NCBI GenBank assembly: GCA_963786105.1
Contig: CAWAXX010000023.1
Coordinates: forward strand, 224,001 to 288,000
Length of the DNA stretch: 64,000 nt
Origin: Vulcanimicrobiota bacterium
GTDB taxonomy: Bacteria; Vulcanimicrobiota; Vulcanimicrobiia; Vulcanimicrobiales; Vulcanimicrobiaceae
Direction: 5' to 3'
Position 1 is the stretch's first letter. Every line of letters begins with the position of its first letter. The position numbers and the translations under genes were made by a program. This document shows, in pieces, positions 38,339-48,099 of the stretch. A model generated the notes under the pieces. That model saw nothing but the letters and a program-made list of their open reading frames with translations. It was not told where the DNA came from and did not search any database.

Positions 38339-40543
38339 TCAGCAGACTTTCGGCACGACGGGAACCGCAACGGAGTCGTCGGTGGTCAGTGCGGGAACCA
38401 GATCGGGAACGCTGACCGTCGATCCGTCGTCGCCGGCGGCGACGCGCACTTGCAAAACCTCGACGAGTTGCCAGCTCTTCAGTGACAGGGTGGATTTGCC
38501 GGTCGCATCGACCGGAATTTGCGTGTATCCGCCAGCGGGCTTTGCCGCGTACATTTTTAGGCCGTCGATTTCGACGACGCCGGGAACTTGGCTGACGATA
38601 ACTTCCAGCTCGAGACTGCGCACGTTGCGACCCAGCGGCCACCCCTGCTGGTCGGTTCCGCCCGGCGCGATCGGCCAGAGGTAACTGCGAATCGCGGTTT
38701 CGACCGCTTGAGATACCGCCGACAGACCGTAGCCGCTGCGCACTTCGACGGCGATCGCGATGCCCAGCCCGACGTAGTCGGTCGCGATGACGTACAACTC
38801 CGCAGCGACGGGACGCCGCGGATCCAAATAGGCGTAAACGGTTTCGAGCAGCGGCCGATCGGCGCGCGGGCACGGTGCCAGCACGCCATCCTTCCCCGGA
38901 ATGACCATCACCGAAACGACGCCCGGCGTGTTGGGTGTGCGCGTCTGCGGCTTAAACAGCGGGAGGACTTCGACGCGCGCAACGTTCGCGCCGGGTACGT
39001 CTTGTGCCAAACTCTGATAGTCGGCGGCGGTGATCGCGCGGTCTTGATGCCGCAGCAAGCCGGGAATGCGTTGCTCGGCGTGCGCCAGGGTTTCGGCGTC
39101 GGCGCCTCCGGTGGTCGCGATCGGTTGCGTGACGGTGACTTGCCCGGCTTGCGCGCCCGACGCATCCTGCGCGCGTATCGCCGTCAGCGTTCCACTTGGA
39201 AGATTCCCCGCGCTGCCACCGCCGGCGCGCATTTGACGGACGCGGATTCGCCGTCCCAGCGGGACGATCATGCCCTGCATCTGGTTGCCGAACGTCACCG
39301 TGCCGGCTTCGGGATCGAGCACGTATGCGGGAACCGGTCCTCGCTGCGCGGCTAGATCGTCCACTTGCTGCCACAGCTGATAGCCCAGGCCCGGCATGTC
39401 GACCTCGAGCTGGAACGTCGCTGAATCGATTTGCGTCTGGCCTAGTGCAAACTGCTGCCCGGCGGTTCCGTCGCTCACGCCGACGACGACCGACTTGAAC
39501 GACGTGCGCTGGTCGATTCCGACGGCGTTGACGCCGATCCAGCTGACTGAAATCGCCGAGCTCGCGCTGAGACGAACCCACGCGATCAATCTTCCGGCAA
39601 CGTCGGGGTCATCGATGCGCGGCGGCTTCGGCCCCACCCCCGCCTGCGCGTCGACGCGCACGTCGTTGGAGGGCGCATTGATGAGTCCGCTTTGCGGAAG
39701 AACCAGCCGCACGACACCGGGCTGCGTCAATCCGCGGGTCGAATCGTCGGAAACCGCCAGCGTCGTGTAGGACGCGGGCATCCCGGGTCCGGACGAGCTC
39801 ATCTGCCAATCGGCTTGGACCGCCGCGCGCGGCCCGATATCGGCAAACGGATCGGGCAGCGCGAGCGCAGGGACGAATCCGACGCTGAGGAGTTGCTGCC
39901 CGTTCTTGCCGCCGATCGCATCGCGAATTTGCGCCACCAGCGATGGATCCGGCTTAGCGGCGAGCAAGGCCAGCCAGATGCATCCGTCGACCGTGCCTTG
40001 GATGACGTCGATTCCATTCGGATCGGCCTGACCGTTTGCGAAGACCGGTGTCGTTTGATACCCGCTCGGCGTGGCGGAAAGCCCGTACAAGGTTTTGAGG
40101 CCGGTCAGCAGCGGAAGCGTCTCGGCAATCCGATCGGGTTGAATCTTCGCTTTGACGTAGGCCTGCGCGGTCAGCGGGAGCAGATTGAGCTCGGCGAGCG
40201 TTTCAAACGGGACCGCACCGGTCAGGGTCGCGCCGTTCACCAGATCTTTTGGAGCCGTCGCGGACGGATCGAGCGCGAGCGAGATCAGCCCTTGAGCGGC
40301 GGCTGCCGGCCGCATGCTTTGCCCCAACAACCGCAGGAACGCGATGCGCTGCTTTTCCGGAATGAGGTTGGCGCGGTACAGTATCGTGTCGGCAAGCCAC
40401 GCGAACAGCTCGATGAGCGTGCGCCCCGGATCGCCCGGTTGCGGATTCGTCCATTCCGGAGTGTGCGCCGGAATGCTCGCCAACATCTCGGCGACGAGGT
40501 CGTCGTACGAGCGGTCGTCGAGTGCCGGCACGATGAGCGGCAT
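38339..40543 (-). CDS. Baseplate J-like assembly protein (Afp11-like)
   Basis: PALDDRSYDDLV...IPAHTPEWTNPQPGDPGRTLIELFAWL; GGADAET; RAITAADY. Confidence 0.93.
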   Translation of the reverse strand: MPLIVPALDDRSYDDLVAEMLASIPAHTPEWTNPQPGDPGRTLIELFAWLADTILYRANLIPEKQRIAFLRLLGQSMRPAAAAQGLISLALDPSATAPKDLVNGATLTGAVPFETLAELNLLPLTAQAYVKAKIQPDRIAETLPLLTGLKTLYGLSATPSGYQTTPVFANGQADPNGIDVIQGTVDGCIWLALLAAKPDPSLVAQIRDAIGGKNGQQLLSVGFVPALALPDPFADIGPRAAVQADWQMSSSGPGMPASYTTLAVSDDSTRGLTQPGVVRLVLPQSGLINAPSNDVRVDAQAGVGPKPPRIDDPDVAGRLIAWVRLSASSAISVSWIGVNAVGIDQRTSFKSVVVGVSDGTAGQQFALGQTQIDSATFQLEVDMPGLGYQLWQQVDDLAAQRGPVPAYVLDPEAGTVTFGNQMQGMIVPLGRRIRVRQMRAGGGSAGNLPSGTLTAIRAQDASGAQAGQVTVTQPIATTGGADAETLAHAEQRIPGLLRHQDRAITAADYQSLAQDVPGANVARVEVLPLFKPQTRTPNTPGVVSVMVIPGKDGVLAPCPRADRPLLETVYAYLDPRRPVAAELYVIATDYVGLGIAIAVEVRSGYGLSAVSQAVETAIRSYLWPIAPGGTDQQGWPLGRNVRSLELEVIVSQVPGVVEIDGLKMYAAKPAGGYTQIPVDATGKSTLSLKSWQLVEVLQVRVAAGDDGSTVSVPDLVPALTTDDSVAVPVVPKVC

Positions 40544-40545
40544 GT

Positions 40546-40932
40546 CTAGTCCGCCCGCATGGTGACGCCGAGCTGCTGCACCTGATTCGTGCGCAGGACC
40601 CGGTAGTAGATTTGAACGTGAACTTCGGACGGCACGCCGTTAACCGGATCGACGTCGATGCGGTCGACGATGATTCGCGTTTCATAGTTTTGCAGGCCTT
40701 CGAGGATCGCCGTTTGGATCTGGCGCCGGAGGGCGAGCGTGTTGCCATCGTCGAGGAAGCTCTGTAACCCCGCTCCGAAACGCGGACGCATCAGTTGTTC
40801 GCCGGGACGCGTCGTCAGTATAATGCGTATCGCGTCGCGCACGCTGCGCTCCAGGGTGGGATAGACGAGCTGCCCTTGTTGCGGCAATGGAAGAAACGGC
40901 CAGCTCACCAGGCTCTTTAAGCTGCTCGCCAC
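40546..40932 (-). CDS. GPW/gp25 baseplate protein (Afp9-like)
   Basis: IRIILTTRPGEQLMRPRFGAGL, YETRI; GTG 40932 downstream of ggagga. Confidence 0.92.
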   Translation of the reverse strand: MASSLKSLVSWPFLPLPQQGQLVYPTLERSVRDAIRIILTTRPGEQLMRPRFGAGLQSFLDDGNTLALRRQIQTAILEGLQNYETRIIVDRIDVDPVNGVPSEVHVQIYYRVLRTNQVQQLGVTMRAD

Positions 40933-40937
40933 GGCGT

Positions 40938-42542
40938 CTACTCTTCCTCCGGGATCGGAATGCAAATCTTAATCATCGGCAACCAGAAAAAGACGATGTT
41001 GAGAAGACTCAAGAAAATATTTAGGACGAAGAACGCGCAGATGGTAATCAGCGGAATGTTGAAACTGCAAAGCCAGCCGAGCGTAAGCGGAGGACCACCC
41101 CCGGCGCCATTCATCAAGCCCGACATCGACGAGCCCTGCATCGCGCCCATTAAGCCTGGAGGTACGGCAAACGAACAGTTCGGTTTGAGGCTTTTGAGAA
41201 AATCACGATTCGTCGGATCGGGCAAGGGCACCGGCGGATGCGCCCGGCTGCTGTTTTCGTACCAGGCGGCGATTCTGAAAGGTGCGCTATATTCCGACCA
41301 GACCAACGTCGGAGGGCAATGGGGATGCTCCGATTTGACGCGAAAGAACAAGCGCAACCGATAGAGGCGAGTCGCATCTTGATAGCGGCCCTGCGGCAGC
41401 AGCATCGCTTGCGTGCGTGGCACGAGCGCCGCCAGAAGGGCGTTCGCCAGTGCGGTCGGTTCGGAGTCACCGAGCGAATCGTACGCATACGGAAGCACGA
41501 TCGGCGGAACCGTGCTGCCGTCGTCGGCCTGATTGTAGTCGATGAGCGCCGCTGAGGCTTGTTGGTAGAAATCTCCCATCGGCTGGGACACGCTGAAGTC
41601 CGCGCTCTTGTAAACGTCGCAGTTGTTCAAAACCGCAAGAATCGCGCGGCCTTCATCGGTCGGATCGAACGCTCCGAAAACGGTCTTGAGCATTCGCAGG
41701 GTGGTCGCAAATTTCTGAAACTGTGCGATGCTGAAGTCGAGCTGACCCGGCGGAGGCGAGGGCGGCGTTGGAGGCGGGAACTGCACGTTGAGAAACTCAT
41801 CCGACATCCACCGATAGTCGACGGTCGTTCCGGGCAATGGGGGAATCTGCGGTCCGGCTTGGAGCAGGGTCGGCAGATTGCGCGCAACGTCGGCCGCACT
41901 ATAGGTGACGGCGTTCCCGGGAGATCCGTCGCTGGTTTCGCTGCTGGCCGTCGGGACGATCGCGTACGCAATCGTGCGCCCCAAGGCCGTGCAGGTCGCC
42001 GGCGGCCCGATGAACGCGGGCGAGGTCGTTTCCGCACTCGCCGAACTCAACACGATTGCCGCGAGTTGTTGGTCGAGCTCGAGGCGGCCGGAAGATAGTT
42101 GCGGCCGTTTCGTAGGATCGGGATCGAGGGATTCCGTCGTAGCGTTGAGCGTGGTCCATTGAAATTGGCCGGAAGGCGAGCGCATCCAACCCTGCAGCGC
42201 GTCATATCGATCGACGCCGTCGGCGCGCAGCACCCGCCGAATCACCAGACCTGCCGAAACGACACGCGTCGGATCCAGCCTCGGGCTGCCGACCGTATTG
42301 CACGACAGTTGGGTTAGCGCGAGATGGAGCACGCGTTGAACGGGCTGGTAGAGCGGTTGCGACGACGGTTCGACGACGGCCGTACTCGAGATTTGCGACG
42401 CGGTCGGCGGCGCATTCTGGGTTAACAGGTCTTGCAAAAAGCGGGCGGGGAAGTCTTCGATGTTCATCTGCAACAGTTGGGGAGCGGTTGCGAGGTTGCC
42501 GTTGAGATCGACCCCGAGTGCCCTGACGCCGTGATTTACCAT
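40938..42542 (-). CDS. eCIS-associated hypothetical protein with very hydrophobic, Cys-flanked C-terminal segment
   Basis: ATG 42542 overlaps the gpV stop; ends WLCSFNIPLITICAFFVLNIFLSLLNIVFFWLPMIKICIPIPEEE. Confidence 0.8.
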   Translation of the reverse strand: MVNHGVRALGVDLNGNLATAPQLLQMNIEDFPARFLQDLLTQNAPPTASQISSTAVVEPSSQPLYQPVQRVLHLALTQLSCNTVGSPRLDPTRVVSAGLVIRRVLRADGVDRYDALQGWMRSPSGQFQWTTLNATTESLDPDPTKRPQLSSGRLELDQQLAAIVLSSASAETTSPAFIGPPATCTALGRTIAYAIVPTASSETSDGSPGNAVTYSAADVARNLPTLLQAGPQIPPLPGTTVDYRWMSDEFLNVQFPPPTPPSPPPGQLDFSIAQFQKFATTLRMLKTVFGAFDPTDEGRAILAVLNNCDVYKSADFSVSQPMGDFYQQASAALIDYNQADDGSTVPPIVLPYAYDSLGDSEPTALANALLAALVPRTQAMLLPQGRYQDATRLYRLRLFFRVKSEHPHCPPTLVWSEYSAPFRIAAWYENSSRAHPPVPLPDPTNRDFLKSLKPNCSFAVPPGLMGAMQGSSMSGLMNGAGGGPPLTLGWLCSFNIPLITICAFFVLNIFLSLLNIVFFWLPMIKICIPIPEEE

Positions 42543-43237
42543 ACGTTTCCGGCTCCCGGCGTGTAGGTCGTTCCGACGACGGTCGTGGCTTGCATGACTT
42601 GACACTGCACGACGCCGCTGAACGTCGCGGTCGCGGCGTTCACGGTGAGCGTCGGCGCTGTGACCGAAACCGACGATGCGGCCGTTACTTGCACTTCGCC
42701 GGTCGGCGCGCTCACTGTCACACCGGACGTATCGATCTTCACCGAAGTTTGCGCGGCGTTCGTGAACTCGATCGAGCCGCCGCCGGAATCGGTCAGCGTT
42801 CCGCTCAGGTTCCCCGGCGTCGTGAACGAGATCGTCGGCCCGGTGCTGTCCTCGACGATGGCGATCTTCGTCCCGGCTTTGCCGGTAATCGTCCAGCGGT
42901 CGACGCTGTCGCCCGAGCCGCCGATGGAATCCGGTGCGGAGTCCTGGCCGTTCCACATGCTCCCGACCACCACGGGAAAGCGCGGATCTCCCGACAGATA
43001 CACGACCAGCACCTCATCGCCGACGTCCGGAATGAAGAATGCTCCGCGGGCGTTCCCGGCAAACGGGACGGCGACGCGCGCCCAGACCGGCGCATCCTGA
43101 TCGGTTGCGCCGTCGACGTTATACGCCCGGATCTGAACGCGATTGAGGTTTGCGGGATCCTTGACGCTGACGACCTTGGCCAGAAAAGCGGACGGTCCGA
43201 GCATCGGCAGTGCGTGCTCTTGCAGCAGGCGGCTCAC
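42536..43237 (-). CDS. Baseplate assembly protein V / gp5-like spike (OB fold + beta-helix)
   Basis: DPANLNRVQ, WARVAVPFAGNARGAFFIPDVGDEVLV, PVVVGSMWNG; GTGA overlap with gpD stop. Confidence 0.92.
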   Translation of the reverse strand: MSRLLQEHALPMLGPSAFLAKVVSVKDPANLNRVQIRAYNVDGATDQDAPVWARVAVPFAGNARGAFFIPDVGDEVLVVYLSGDPRFPVVVGSMWNGQDSAPDSIGGSGDSVDRWTITGKAGTKIAIVEDSTGPTISFTTPGNLSGTLTDSGGGSIEFTNAAQTSVKIDTSGVTVSAPTGEVQVTAASSVSVTAPTLTVNAATATFSGVVQCQVMQATTVVGTTYTPGAGNVW

Positions 43238-44322
43238 GACGCATCTCCGAGGTACGCGCACTCGGCGACGAAGCGAGTCTCGTAGCCGCCTTCGGTATCG
43301 AAGTGGTGAAGCGTTGCGGTCGTATAGTACGTGTTCGAAAACCGCGCGCCCAGGCCATTAAGCTTGAGTTGTGCGCCGACGCGGAGGTTCGGATTTCCTT
43401 CGGCAACGCCGGTCGCCACGACGAAGCGTCGCACGCGCTCGGCGAACTCGGCATCGACCAGTGCCTGCGCTTCATCTTGGTTGAGCGTCGCGAATTGCGC
43501 GAGTTGTTCCGAACGTTGCGCGAGCGCCTGCTGCAACCAGTCTCCGCCGGTCGTGCCTGAACCGGGACCGAGCGAGGTGGTGCGGCTGGTTACCGAAACG
43601 GCCTGCCCTTGCTCGTAGTCCCAACCGGTAGCGGTGACCGCGCTGACTTGATGCGCGAGATCGACAATCACTCGAACCTCGCGTAGCTGACTGTTCAAGT
43701 CGATCTCGACCGTCGATCCCTGCGCGACGTTGCGCGGCGTCGCATGCAGCTCGGTTCCTATGACCTGCAAGTCGGCATCGTAGCGGGCGAGCAGGCGGCG
43801 CACGAAATGCAGATCGCTCTCGTTGAACTGCTGCTGCGTTCCGATGTTGTCGTCCAGCCCGGAGACCACCGGGGTGAGGCCGAGATCGCCTGCCAACTGC
43901 CCGACGATTTGGGAGAGCGTCGCGTTGTCCCACGTTTTCGTGCGCCGCTTCATCCGCGCTGCTTGCAGCGAGTCTTCGGCCAACACGATGAGATCCGGTG
44001 CGCCCTTGCTCGGAAAGCAGCCTTCGAGCGCGGTGACCTTGCCGCGAAAGATCTCGGTCGGCGAGGTTACGTCGCCGGCAAAGACCGCAATTGCCGAGCC
44101 CAGTTTGAGGACGGCGCCGTCCTCGAACACCAGATCGCCGGTCCCACCGGCGAACGAGCCGAAATTGCTGAGGCGTAACTCGAGCGCAGACATTCCGGCT
44201 TCGTGCTCGCGCACGTCCATGCTCAGCAGCTGGGTCGTCACTTTATCGTTGGCTTGCCCGTCGACTTTCACCGTCGGAATCGCGCTGTAAGAGGCTTGCT
44301 GCGAAAGTGCTTGTTCGGGCAC
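43234..44322 (-). CDS. Phage late control D / gp27-like hub protein (VgrG N-terminal equivalent)
   Basis: IFRGKVTALE, LAEDSL, QFNESDLHFVRRLLAR, GNPNLRVG, GLGARFSNTYY..HHFD. Confidence 0.92.
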   Translation of the reverse strand: MPEQALSQQASYSAIPTVKVDGQANDKVTTQLLSMDVREHEAGMSALELRLSNFGSFAGGTGDLVFEDGAVLKLGSAIAVFAGDVTSPTEIFRGKVTALEGCFPSKGAPDLIVLAEDSLQAARMKRRTKTWDNATLSQIVGQLAGDLGLTPVVSGLDDNIGTQQQFNESDLHFVRRLLARYDADLQVIGTELHATPRNVAQGSTVEIDLNSQLREVRVIVDLAHQVSAVTATGWDYEQGQAVSVTSRTTSLGPGSGTTGGDWLQQALAQRSEQLAQFATLNQDEAQALVDAEFAERVRRFVVATGVAEGNPNLRVGAQLKLNGLGARFSNTYYTTATLHHFDTEGGYETRFVAECAYLGDAS

Positions 44323-44323
44323 G

Positions 44324-44482
44324 TCAGTCCGCCAGCAATCGTTGGCCGCGCACGCGTAGCATCTCGAGCGCCGTGCGGAGATCGGTCTTGGGCTTCGCTT
44401 CGGCGGCGCCGGACGACGGCGCGGCCGCAGCCGCGCCGGCGGTCGTCGTTTGGATTTCCATCTCTTGAATTTCTACCGGCAC
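44324..44482 (-). CDS. 52-aa small eCIS protein (Afp6/DUF5908-like by position and N-terminus); absent from the ORF track
   Basis: RBS gaggag + GTG 44482; MPVEIQEMEIQTTTAGAAAAAPSSGAAEAKPKTDLRTALEMLRVRGQRLLAD*; fills the gap between its neighbours. Confidence 0.78.
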   Translation of the reverse strand: MPVEIQEMEIQTTTAGAAAAAPSSGAAEAKPKTDLRTALEMLRVRGQRLLAD

Positions 44483-44500
44483 GGCATACTCCTCACGGCG

Positions 44501-45547
44501 TCAGTCATCGCTATCGAAAGCGAGGCGATCGGTGAAACTGAACTTCGCGCCGGTGTCGCTGGATAAACCGGCCGACGCGCCCGGCCCGGCCTGGCCGCTG
44601 AGCGAGAAACTCGCGCCGACGTACGTTGCAACGTCGGTTCCGACCGTCGAGCCGATCATCAAGGTCGGGTTGAGACGGCTGGTTGTGCTCGCCGTCACGC
44701 GGCCGGTTTGCAACCCGGCGAAAGCTCCCGCCGAAGCGGACACGCCGGCCGATGCTCCCGAGCCGAACAACGCGCCCGATCCGGATTGCACCGAAAGTTG
44801 CGCACCCACCGACACTCCAATGTTGGCTTGCGCGCCGCCGGCGAATCCGGCAGCCGCGCCGAGCTGCACCGATGCGCCGACCTGCAGCTGCGCTCCACCG
44901 GTGAACCGTAGGCTTTCCAATCCGTTTGCGCTTCCCAACTGGCGCATCGCACTCGGGTCGCCGCCGCGCGTCGCGACCGATAAAGCGCTGTCGTCGGCGC
45001 CTGTCGGCACGAGGCTGCCGGACGTATCCGCCTGCGAGAAGCTCGCATCTTCGTCGAAGACCGAATCTTGGCGGGCTAGCGTGATGGTGACGAGTGCGCG
45101 CAATGCGACGCCATCGGCGGAGAAGTAGTCGATCGTCTCTTTGAACGACTCCATTACGCCTTTGAATTCGTACGAGCCCCATTGGAAGCTCAGCACGGGA
45201 GGCGCTTTCGATGGAGCGCTCTGAGCATTCGAACCGCCGCTGCTTGCAGCCGCGGACGTTTGCGCGGCCGCCGACGCGTTGGCCGAAGCCTGCATGAAGG
45301 CGGCAACTTGGTTCGTGTCGATGCGAACGTCCGAACCGGTTCCCGTCGTGTCGAATTGAAGATCCATGCTCAACTTTCCCGAAAACTGAGCGACGTACTG
45401 GACCTTCTTGGGAGAACCGGACTGCTGAGAGACTGAGTTTTCGACCGAGTACGTGAGCGACGACGGATTGAAGTGCACGGTGACCGGCTGCCCGGACGGC
45501 AGCGCGGTGAGCGTGGCCTTGGCGACGGTCTGCGGTTGGGCCGGCAT
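44501..45547 (-). CDS. CIS tube-initiator protein (Afp7-like) with degenerate LysM-like segment and Gly/Ala/Ser-rich tail
   Basis: VHFNPSSL, LSMDLQFDTT, PPVLSFQWGSYEFKGVMES...FSADGVALRA. Confidence 0.85.
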   Translation of the reverse strand: MPAQPQTVAKATLTALPSGQPVTVHFNPSSLTYSVENSVSQQSGSPKKVQYVAQFSGKLSMDLQFDTTGTGSDVRIDTNQVAAFMQASANASAAAQTSAAASSGGSNAQSAPSKAPPVLSFQWGSYEFKGVMESFKETIDYFSADGVALRALVTITLARQDSVFDEDASFSQADTSGSLVPTGADDSALSVATRGGDPSAMRQLGSANGLESLRFTGGAQLQVGASVQLGAAAGFAGGAQANIGVSVGAQLSVQSGSGALFGSGASAGVSASAGAFAGLQTGRVTASTTSRLNPTLMIGSTVGTDVATYVGASFSLSGQAGPGASAGLSSDTGAKFSFTDRLAFDSDD

Positions 45548-46044
45548 CAGAGACTATCCGTGGTCGGAGAGACCGACCACAGGCCTTCGTGAACCAAGTG
45601 CAGTTCCTCGATGCCGACCTCACCGCCGCGCGCGTTGAGATCGCCGAACTTGAACTTGATGGGCATCGCGCGATCGAGTTGCCAGGCCATCAGCGCCGAG
45701 CCGTCGATGTCGAATAGGTTGATCGTGACCTGCATCCGCGGCGCGTACATCCCGTTCCCGAGCGAATTGAAGATTTGCCACAGGTTGCGATTGGTGCTGA
45801 TACCGCGCTTGAGAACGACGGTTGCGAACGTCGTCGTGCCGGCCCTCTGGGCCACCCCGTAGTTGCGGCCGCCCTCTTTGATGGCTTTGCTTTCCATCGT
45901 CGCTTCGAGCCCGGTGCATTCGGCAAACGCGCCGGAGCAAACAGAAAATGGCTCGTTGCTGTCGCCATCGACGATCGAATCCGTACTAAAATCGACCTGA
46001 AAGCGAAAGACGTGCACCGGCACGAGGACGCCGCTCGAATCCAT
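45547..46044 (-). CDS. Tail tube protein (T4 gp19-like, Afp5-like)
   Basis: FRFQV, GAFAECTGLE, IKEGGRN, VVLKRG, WQLDRAMPIK, IEELHLVHEGL. Confidence 0.93.
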   Translation of the reverse strand: MDSSGVLVPVHVFRFQVDFSTDSIVDGDSNEPFSVCSGAFAECTGLEATMESKAIKEGGRNYGVAQRAGTTTFATVVLKRGISTNRNLWQIFNSLGNGMYAPRMQVTINLFDIDGSALMAWQLDRAMPIKFKFGDLNARGGEVGIEELHLVHEGLWSVSPTTDSL

Positions 46045-48074
46045 TAGACCGCCTCGGCCAATGACGAGGCGATTTGCTGCGCGCTGGTCGCATCCGCCTC
46101 GAAGGTTAACGTCACGCGGATCAGATCGATTTTGGCAGCGGGGGTGAACGCCACTTCGGCGACTAGACGGCCGTTATCCAAGTCGTTCTGCGTCATCGTG
46201 CTCTGGTCGCAGCGGACCGCGAACGCGTCCTTGATGCTCGCGCCGTCAAACGCGTTGGCATTCCACAGGCGGGTCATGAGTTTTTGCAGCGTGGATTGCA
46301 CGCGCCCCCAGAGCGCCGGCCCGTTCGAGGCGAAGACGACGGCTTCGCCCATGCGGCGCGCGGCCCGGCAGACGATCGAAACGAGACGGTTCACCGCTGC
46401 ATCGCGGTAGGCTTCGCCGGGGAAGGCGGTCACGTCCGAGAGCAGCCGAATGCCCCTTGGCGTAGATCCGAAGAGGCTTACGCGCGACACCAGCGGTTTC
46501 TCCGGCGTGCCGGGTCCCCAGGTGAGCGCCGGCGCCGAGATTTTGGTTTCGCGCGTTGGAACCGTTGGCCACAGGCCAAAGATACCGGCGGGCGTCACTT
46601 TGGTCGCGCTGTTGAAGGCGCCGTACTTGAGCGCGTTGCGTGCCAAGATTCCGACTAAGGCGCCGTCGGGCGGCTCGAGCGATTCCGACAAAACCGCCGA
46701 CGCAGTCGTCTGCAGCCACGGGTACGCGAGCTGGAGAAAGGCGCTCGAGATGTTCGGAGCGGCGATGTCTTCGCTCGGTTCGACGTTTTCGAGGAAATAT
46801 GCGGCAAAGACGTCGTGCAGATCTTGTGCTAAGACGTCGCTTTGGTCGGCTGCCGGCGAGTCCGAGACGCCGGCAGCCTGTGGCAGCGGGAACGCTGCAA
46901 CGAACTGGATCTCGCGCAGCTGCAGTTCCTGCCGGGATCTTCCGCTGGTCAGGTATTGCAGAACGTTGGCGATGCTTGCCGCCCACCGGCCGTAATCGGC
47001 CGGGCCGAGACGTGGCGCCGACGACGGATACAGCCGGAACTCGCGCAAGGTCATGTCGCCTTGCGCGCATTCGGCGAACTGCACCGGGCCAGCCGGAACG
47101 GCCGGTTCGAATTCGACGTTGGCCGGCGGGGCCGAAGCGCACAGAATCGGGAGGTCGGGGACGGCGAGAAACGACACGTCCGGTAGTCCTGCGAGATGAC
47201 CGACGCCGTGCCACGAGGTGGGATCGCCGCCTTGATGGCTCGGGTCGAGCAAGATCGCTTGCAGCTTCGCGGCGAGCTCGCCGGGCGTATCGGTCGGAGC
47301 GATCGGACTGCCCATGCACACGAGATAGCACCGCTTGCCCCCCTGCGCGAAAAACGAAGCGATCGCCGTCGCAACGTAATCGGTGCCCGCACTCGCCGCG
47401 GATCCGCCGGGATCGAACATTTGGGTAAACCCTGCGTAGTTTTCGAACGGCACGGGAACGTCGTAGAGTTGATCGAGATCGCGCGCAAACCGCCCGGTGA
47501 GCCAGCCTTGCTTCTGCAGCCAGCTTTCGACCGTCGCTGGAATGGCGTTCGCGAGCTGCGCCGTCAGCGCAGCAAACGGATCGACTGCCACCGCGACGAT
47601 CGCGTCGCCCTGGCTATGCGCGACCGCGTGAGTACTCGCGGCGCCGCGCGCAATCGTTAGCGTCGTGCCGAGCGCATCGACCTGCGCGATCGCGACGATC
47701 TCCGTGCCGATGCGCGCGAAGAGTGGCGGCTCATCCGCGAGCGGGACCGCCGTGGTGATCTGCAGCGTATCTGCCGCTATGCCGGTTGCGAGCGAGCCGA
47801 TGACATCGGACGTTGCCGCGCTCGAGACGATTCCAGTAATCCAACCCTGCGACAGGAACCAGGCGCGCACGTTGAGCGGCACCGAAGGCGCGGGCGCTCC
47901 GGTTGCCGGCGCAAACGGAAAGCGCAACAAGCCCTGCGACGCAAACCAAGGCCGAACCGCCGGATCGATGACGAATCCGGCGCGCCGTGCGAGCCCTACG
48001 AAGCAGGCAACGTCGGCGCGCCCCGATCCGGCTTGCGCGGCCGGCCGCGCCGGATCAAAGGTTATTTGACTCAC
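46044..48074 (-). CDS. Second, divergent tail sheath protein
   Basis: RADVACFVG, AIASFFAQGGKRCY, LAYPWL, VFASNGPALW, FAVRCDQSTMTQNDLDNGRLVAEV. Confidence 0.88.
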   Translation of the reverse strand: MSQITFDPARPAAQAGSGRADVACFVGLARRAGFVIDPAVRPWFASQGLLRFPFAPATGAPAPSVPLNVRAWFLSQGWITGIVSSAATSDVIGSLATGIAADTLQITTAVPLADEPPLFARIGTEIVAIAQVDALGTTLTIARGAASTHAVAHSQGDAIVAVAVDPFAALTAQLANAIPATVESWLQKQGWLTGRFARDLDQLYDVPVPFENYAGFTQMFDPGGSAASAGTDYVATAIASFFAQGGKRCYLVCMGSPIAPTDTPGELAAKLQAILLDPSHQGGDPTSWHGVGHLAGLPDVSFLAVPDLPILCASAPPANVEFEPAVPAGPVQFAECAQGDMTLREFRLYPSSAPRLGPADYGRWAASIANVLQYLTSGRSRQELQLREIQFVAAFPLPQAAGVSDSPAADQSDVLAQDLHDVFAAYFLENVEPSEDIAAPNISSAFLQLAYPWLQTTASAVLSESLEPPDGALVGILARNALKYGAFNSATKVTPAGIFGLWPTVPTRETKISAPALTWGPGTPEKPLVSRVSLFGSTPRGIRLLSDVTAFPGEAYRDAAVNRLVSIVCRAARRMGEAVVFASNGPALWGRVQSTLQKLMTRLWNANAFDGASIKDAFAVRCDQSTMTQNDLDNGRLVAEVAFTPAAKIDLIRVTLTFEADATSAQQIASSLAEAV

Positions 48075-48099
48075 AGGTGTTTTCCGAACGTCGCCACAT

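Noticed and set aside
37261..38415. 384-aa plus-strand ORF and similar long antisense ORFs (28808-29785, 39692-40549, 6547-7566)
   Set aside because: Shadow ORFs opposite well-supported genes in GC-rich DNA, with no motifs
42543..42956. N-terminal extension of the 672-aa ORF
   Set aside because: Arg-rich alternate-frame overlap with gpV; ATG 42542 coupled to the gpV stop is the better start
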